A DNA stretch of 64,000 bases, from positions 1,248,001 to 1,312,000 of the forward strand of contig OY970296.1 of the NCBI GenBank assembly GCA_963716175.1, in the 5' to 3' direction. A program made the translations under genes and the position numbers. Positions 60,693-64,000 of the stretch are shown one piece after another; the stretch's first letter is position 1; the number at the start of each line of letters is the position of its first letter. Source of the DNA: an uncultured Armatimonadetes bacterium (lineage in GTDB: Bacteria; Armatimonadota; Hebobacteria; Hebobacterales; Hebobacteraceae). Under the pieces are notes generated by a model that saw only the letters and a list, made by a program, of their open reading frames with translations, was not told the origin of the DNA and did no database searches.

Positions 60693-60702
60693 GAGCGAAG
60701 CC

Positions 60703-61425
60703 ATGCCCAGAGCCGATGGGCGGGGCCACCAGGAGTTGCGCCTGGTGAGCATGGCCACCGGCTACAATAAGTACGCGGAGGGCTCGTGCCTGATCGAGCT
60801 AGGCGACACGGTGGTGATCTGCACCGCCTCCGTGCTCCCTGAGGTGCCCCGGTTCATGGCCGGCGCACAGCGGGGGTGGGTGACCGCGGAGTACGGGATG
60901 CTGCCTCGCGCCGGCTCCGAGCGCACCCCGCGTGCCCGCATCCAGAGCAGCGGCCGCACCTACGAGATCCAGCGCATGGTGGGGCGAGCGCTGCGGGCGA
61001 TAGTTGACCTGGACGCGCTGGGGGAGCGCACCATCACCCTGGACTGCGATGTGCTGCAGGCCGACGGCGGCACCAGGACGGCGGCGGTGACGGGGTCCTA
61101 CGTGGCGCTGATGGAGGCGCTGAAGCGGCTGCAGTCGGACGGCGTCTTCGCCAAGATCCCGGCCTTCGAGGCCCTGGCCGCGGTGAGTGTGGGAGTGGTC
61201 TCCGGCGAGGTGGTGCTCGACCTGAACTACGCCGAGGACAGCATGGCCTCCGTGGACATGAATGTGGTGATGACCGGCGGGGGGAAGTTCGTGGAGGTGC
61301 AGGGGACGGCGGAGGGGATGCCGTTCTCGCGGGAGCGCCTGGAGGAAATGCTGGCGCTTGCCGGTTCCGGTATCAAGCAGTTATTAGCTCTGCAGAGAAA
61401 GGCGCTGGAGGAAGGTTCGGCGTGA
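60703..61425 (+). CDS. rph: Ribonuclease PH
   Basis: [38 protein letters not shown]. Confidence 0.97.
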   Translation: MPRADGRGHQELRLVSMATGYNKYAEGSCLIELGDTVVICTASVLPEVPRFMAGAQRGWVTAEYGMLPRAGSERTPRARIQSSGRTYEIQRMVGRALRAIVDLDALGERTITLDCDVLQADGGTRTAAVTGSYVALMEALKRLQSDGVFAKIPAFEALAAVSVGVVSGEVVLDLNYAEDSMASVDMNVVMTGGGKFVEVQGTAEGMPFSRERLEEMLALAGSGIKQLLALQRKALEEGSA

Positions 61426-62042
61426 GCCGGCCGCAGCGCGTCGTGGTGGCCAGCCGCAACCGCGCCAAGGCTGCGGAGATCGCTCAGATTCTGGCCGACG
61501 CGGGGTTGGGCCTGGAGGTGGTGAGCCTCGCGGACTTCCCTCACGTCATGCTGCCCGCTGAGACGGACGCCAGCTTCGCCGCCAATGCCGCCGCCAAGGC
61601 CCGGCAGGCCGCGGACGCCACTGGCCTGCCCGCCATTGCCGATGACTCCGGGCTGGAAGTGGACGCGCTCGGCGGGGAGCCGGGCGTGCGCTCCGCCCGC
61701 TACGCCGGGGAAGGGGCGAGCGATGAGGCGCGCTATCGCAAGGTGTTGGCCTTGCTGGCCGGGGTGCCGGACGAACAGCGGGGAGCGCGATTCCGCTGCG
61801 CCGCGGCCTATGCCGAGCCCGACGGTGAGGTGATGCTGGCCGAAGGGACTTGCCCGGGCCGGATCGCGCGGGAGCCGGCCGGGTCGGGGGGATTCGGCTA
61901 TGATCCCATCTTCATCCCAGAGGGCTACCAGATCACCATGGCCCAGCTCACCCCGGCCCAGAAGCACGCGATCAGCCACCGGGGCCGCGCCTTCCGGCTG
62001 CTGGCGAAGGTGTTGCGGGGCCGCCCAAGCGCCGCGGATTGA
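61422..62042 (+). CDS. rdgB: XTP/dITP pyrophosphatase (HAM1 family)
   Basis: [32 protein letters not shown]. Confidence 0.95.
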   Translation: MSRPQRVVVASRNRAKAAEIAQILADAGLGLEVVSLADFPHVMLPAETDASFAANAAAKARQAADATGLPAIADDSGLEVDALGGEPGVRSARYAGEGASDEARYRKVLALLAGVPDEQRGARFRCAAAYAEPDGEVMLAEGTCPGRIAREPAGSGGFGYDPIFIPEGYQITMAQLTPAQKHAISHRGRAFRLLAKVLRGRPSAAD

Positions 62043-62068
62043 CGCCTGGTGTGGCCCGCGAGTATACT
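62039..62068 (+). promoter_or_regulatory. sigma70 promoter for tRNA-Pro
   Basis: TTGACG-18 bp-TATACT overlapping the rdgB stop. Confidence 0.7.
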
Positions 62069-62078
62069 CGCGGGCAGC

Positions 62079-62104
62079 GGGCGACCGCAGGGGGTCGCCC
62101 CTAC
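62079..62104 (-). repeat. GTAG-REP hairpin
   Basis: gggcgaccgcagggggtcgcccctac. Confidence 0.7.
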
Positions 62105-62123
62105 GAGCGAATGTCGGCATCAT

Positions 62124-62197
62124 CGGGGCGTAGCGCAGCTTGGTAGCGCGCCTGCCTTGGGCGCAGGAGGTCGCGTGTTCAAATCACGCCGCCCCGA
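62124..62197 (+). tRNA. tRNA-Pro(TGG)
   Basis: acceptor cggggcg/cgccccg, anticodon arm cctgc-cttgggc-gcagg, T loop ttcaaat; CCA not encoded. Confidence 0.95.
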
Positions 62198-62580
62198 CTA
62201 GTGCCAGCAGCTCCCCACCTGCTGACGGCGGTGCCACCGAGAGGTCCCATGGCCAAGAGGAGGGCCGCCGGGCTGCTCTGTCGGCGAAGAGGCCCACAGC
62301 AGGGCCTCAGGCAGCAGGAACCAAGCCCTGTTTCCGGGAAACGCTGTGTCGTGGGCGCCTCCTCTCTGAGTTACCCCTAGGCAATCCCGCTTTCGCGCGT
62401 CTCCGTGGCCCGCACCCATAGCACCCCACCATCGAGGTGGGTCACAGAGACGGGCCGGCTGCTTCGGGCACCGGCCCGGCGGCGAGCCGCGGGCTGGGCA
62501 AGATGGGAGGATGTGAGGGCATGACGAGGACTGCGTTGCAGGAGTCGGCAGGAAGTGGCAAGGCCGGTAGGACGGGTAGG

Positions 62581-63387
62581 ATGGCGACTGTGCAGTCGGC
62601 CGCGCGAACGGTCGGCATCATCAAGGCGCTGCTGCACTCTCCCAAGGGGGCGAGCCTGACCGAGCTGAGTGACGGCCTCTCGCTGCACAAGACGACTGTG
62701 CTGCGCTTGCTGCGGACACTGGAGGCGGAAGCCGTGCTCGAGCGAGACCGCGACTCGGGGCGCTACCGGCCGACCTCTCGATTCTGGCTCACCATCGCGA
62801 TGGCGTTCGGCGACGTGCAATCCATCAAGGACGGTGTCCGGGAGCTGCTGGCAGGGCTGGCGGAGAGGACGGGAGCAACCGCAGTGCTGGCGCTCCCGGA
62901 TGAGGACCAACGGAGAATGGTAGTGGTGATGTACGCGCTGGCCAGTCAGCCGCTGCTGGTGGATCCGGGGCGAGTGCGAGTGGGGCCCATGCACGCGGCC
63001 TCCGGGGGCAAGTGCTATCTCGCCAGCCTCCCCGAAGCCGAGCTGCAGGCATGGGTGAGGTGTGGCCTGCCCAAGGTGACGCGTAACACCACCACCTCGC
63101 GCCAGAAGCTGCTGCAGGAGATTGGCGCGGTGCGCCGGCGAGGATATGCCTTCAGCCGCGAGGAGCTGGTTCCGGGCTGCTCCGGTTTGGCAGTGTCGCT
63201 GCGGGACGACCGGAGCCAGGTGATCGGATCGCTGGAACTGGTGGTGCCAGCGCCCCGGCTGACACAGAGGAATGTGCAGCGCTGGCTGCCGGCGCTGCGA
63301 GAGACCGCGGAGAGGCTCTCCGCTCTGGTGCGCCACGCTTCGCTGGGACGAGACGAGGGCGCCCAGGGTAGCGCTCCGATGCTCTGA
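62581..63387 (+). CDS. IclR family transcriptional regulator
   Basis: SLTELS..L.LHKTT.LRLL.TL, PMHAASGGK.YLA, VRRRGYAFS.EE. Confidence 0.9.
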   Translation: MATVQSAARTVGIIKALLHSPKGASLTELSDGLSLHKTTVLRLLRTLEAEAVLERDRDSGRYRPTSRFWLTIAMAFGDVQSIKDGVRELLAGLAERTGATAVLALPDEDQRRMVVVMYALASQPLLVDPGRVRVGPMHAASGGKCYLASLPEAELQAWVRCGLPKVTRNTTTSRQKLLQEIGAVRRRGYAFSREELVPGCSGLAVSLRDDRSQVIGSLELVVPAPRLTQRNVQRWLPALRETAERLSALVRHASLGRDEGAQGSAPML

Positions 63388-63508
63388 CACGACCGGGTAT
63401 CGGGCGGGACCGAAGCCGACCCGGCCCACCCAAGATAGGGCTCTGTAGCTCTTATAATGTGTTCTGGCGAATCCACCCCCTCCCCCTCTTGCACATAGCG
63501 GAATGGGG

Positions 63509-63538
63509 TTGCATTTTCGCCCCCACCTGTGGTATCAT
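63509..63538 (+). promoter_or_regulatory. sigma70 promoter (extended -10)
   Basis: TTGCAT-18 bp-(TGG)TATCAT. Confidence 0.55.
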
Positions 63539-63859
63539 AGGCGAACAGGCGACGTGCAGGTGGGGTGAGCGCGGTGAGACTCACTCCTCTGCTGTCGGTT
63601 TCCGGCCCCGGCAGCGCGTTTCGTGCTCCGTATCCCCCTCACGTTGAGCACACGCCGGGGCCGGATTTCTAATCTCCTTGTTGCACACCCGTGGTTTGCC
63701 TCTTCCCGCCCTCAGACAGCCGGTGTCGGTGACAAGGGCGGATCTCGGCCGCGCTGCCTGCTCTCCCCCAGCAGCCATCACGTCGCGACTGGGCGGCGGG
63801 CTGTGGCAATTCCCCTGAGAGGGCCCGATCAAAACTAGCTCCAGGTGGAGGCAGTTGCG

Positions 63860-64000
63860 ATGTGGACAGCGGGAAGCGCTTGGCTTGCGGCGCTGGTGGC
63901 GGGCGTCATCGTCGGCGTCGTCATTCACTACTTGATCGCGGCGCGTCGCCGAAGCCCGTGGTGGACTTCGGCACTGGCCGGCCTGGTGGGGGCTGTGCTG
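63860..64000 (+). CDS. Membrane protein, N-terminal fragment truncated by the window end
   Basis: SD GGAGG, MWTAGSAWLAALVAGVIVGVVIHYLIAARRR... Confidence 0.55.
   Translation, partial: MWTAGSAWLAALVAGVIVGVVIHYLIAARRRSPWWTSALAGLVGAVL

Noticed and set aside
62197-63400. Integrated element downstream of tRNA-Pro
   Set aside because: No integrase and no duplicated tRNA 3' end in the window.

Overview
GC-rich bacterial chromosomal window. The lineage is probably a diderm with Terrabacteria-like genes, possibly Armatimonadota; this is inferred from gene content and not verified. Housekeeping content: rpmG-tRNA(Trp)-secE-nusG-rplK-rplA-[L10 leader]-rplJ-rplL, recD2, and rph-rdgB-tRNA(Pro). Accessory content: a RelE-type TA pair, two orphan DNA methyltransferases, several carbohydrate-active enzymes, a YtrA/GntR ABC operon, membrane glycosyltransferases and a sugar-catabolic operon. 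Best novelty candidates: (1) an unannotated 25-aa peptide gene (MGKWISVVLALLSLVLAGGARVGWP, 32405-32482) in an operon with two membrane-bound HD-GYP proteins and a LeuA-regulatory-like protein, suggesting peptide signalling wired to cyclic-dinucleotide turnover; (2) a secreted-subunit + tandem chaperone-like + secretin operon with no usher, behind an ~800-nt structured leader; (3) an ~230-nt closed, multibranched ncRNA candidate with a terminator (47201-47469); (4) several palindromic repeat families, some inserted in frame inside proteins. Three genes carry small frameshifts that look like assembly errors. All family assignments are from motif recognition, not database searches.
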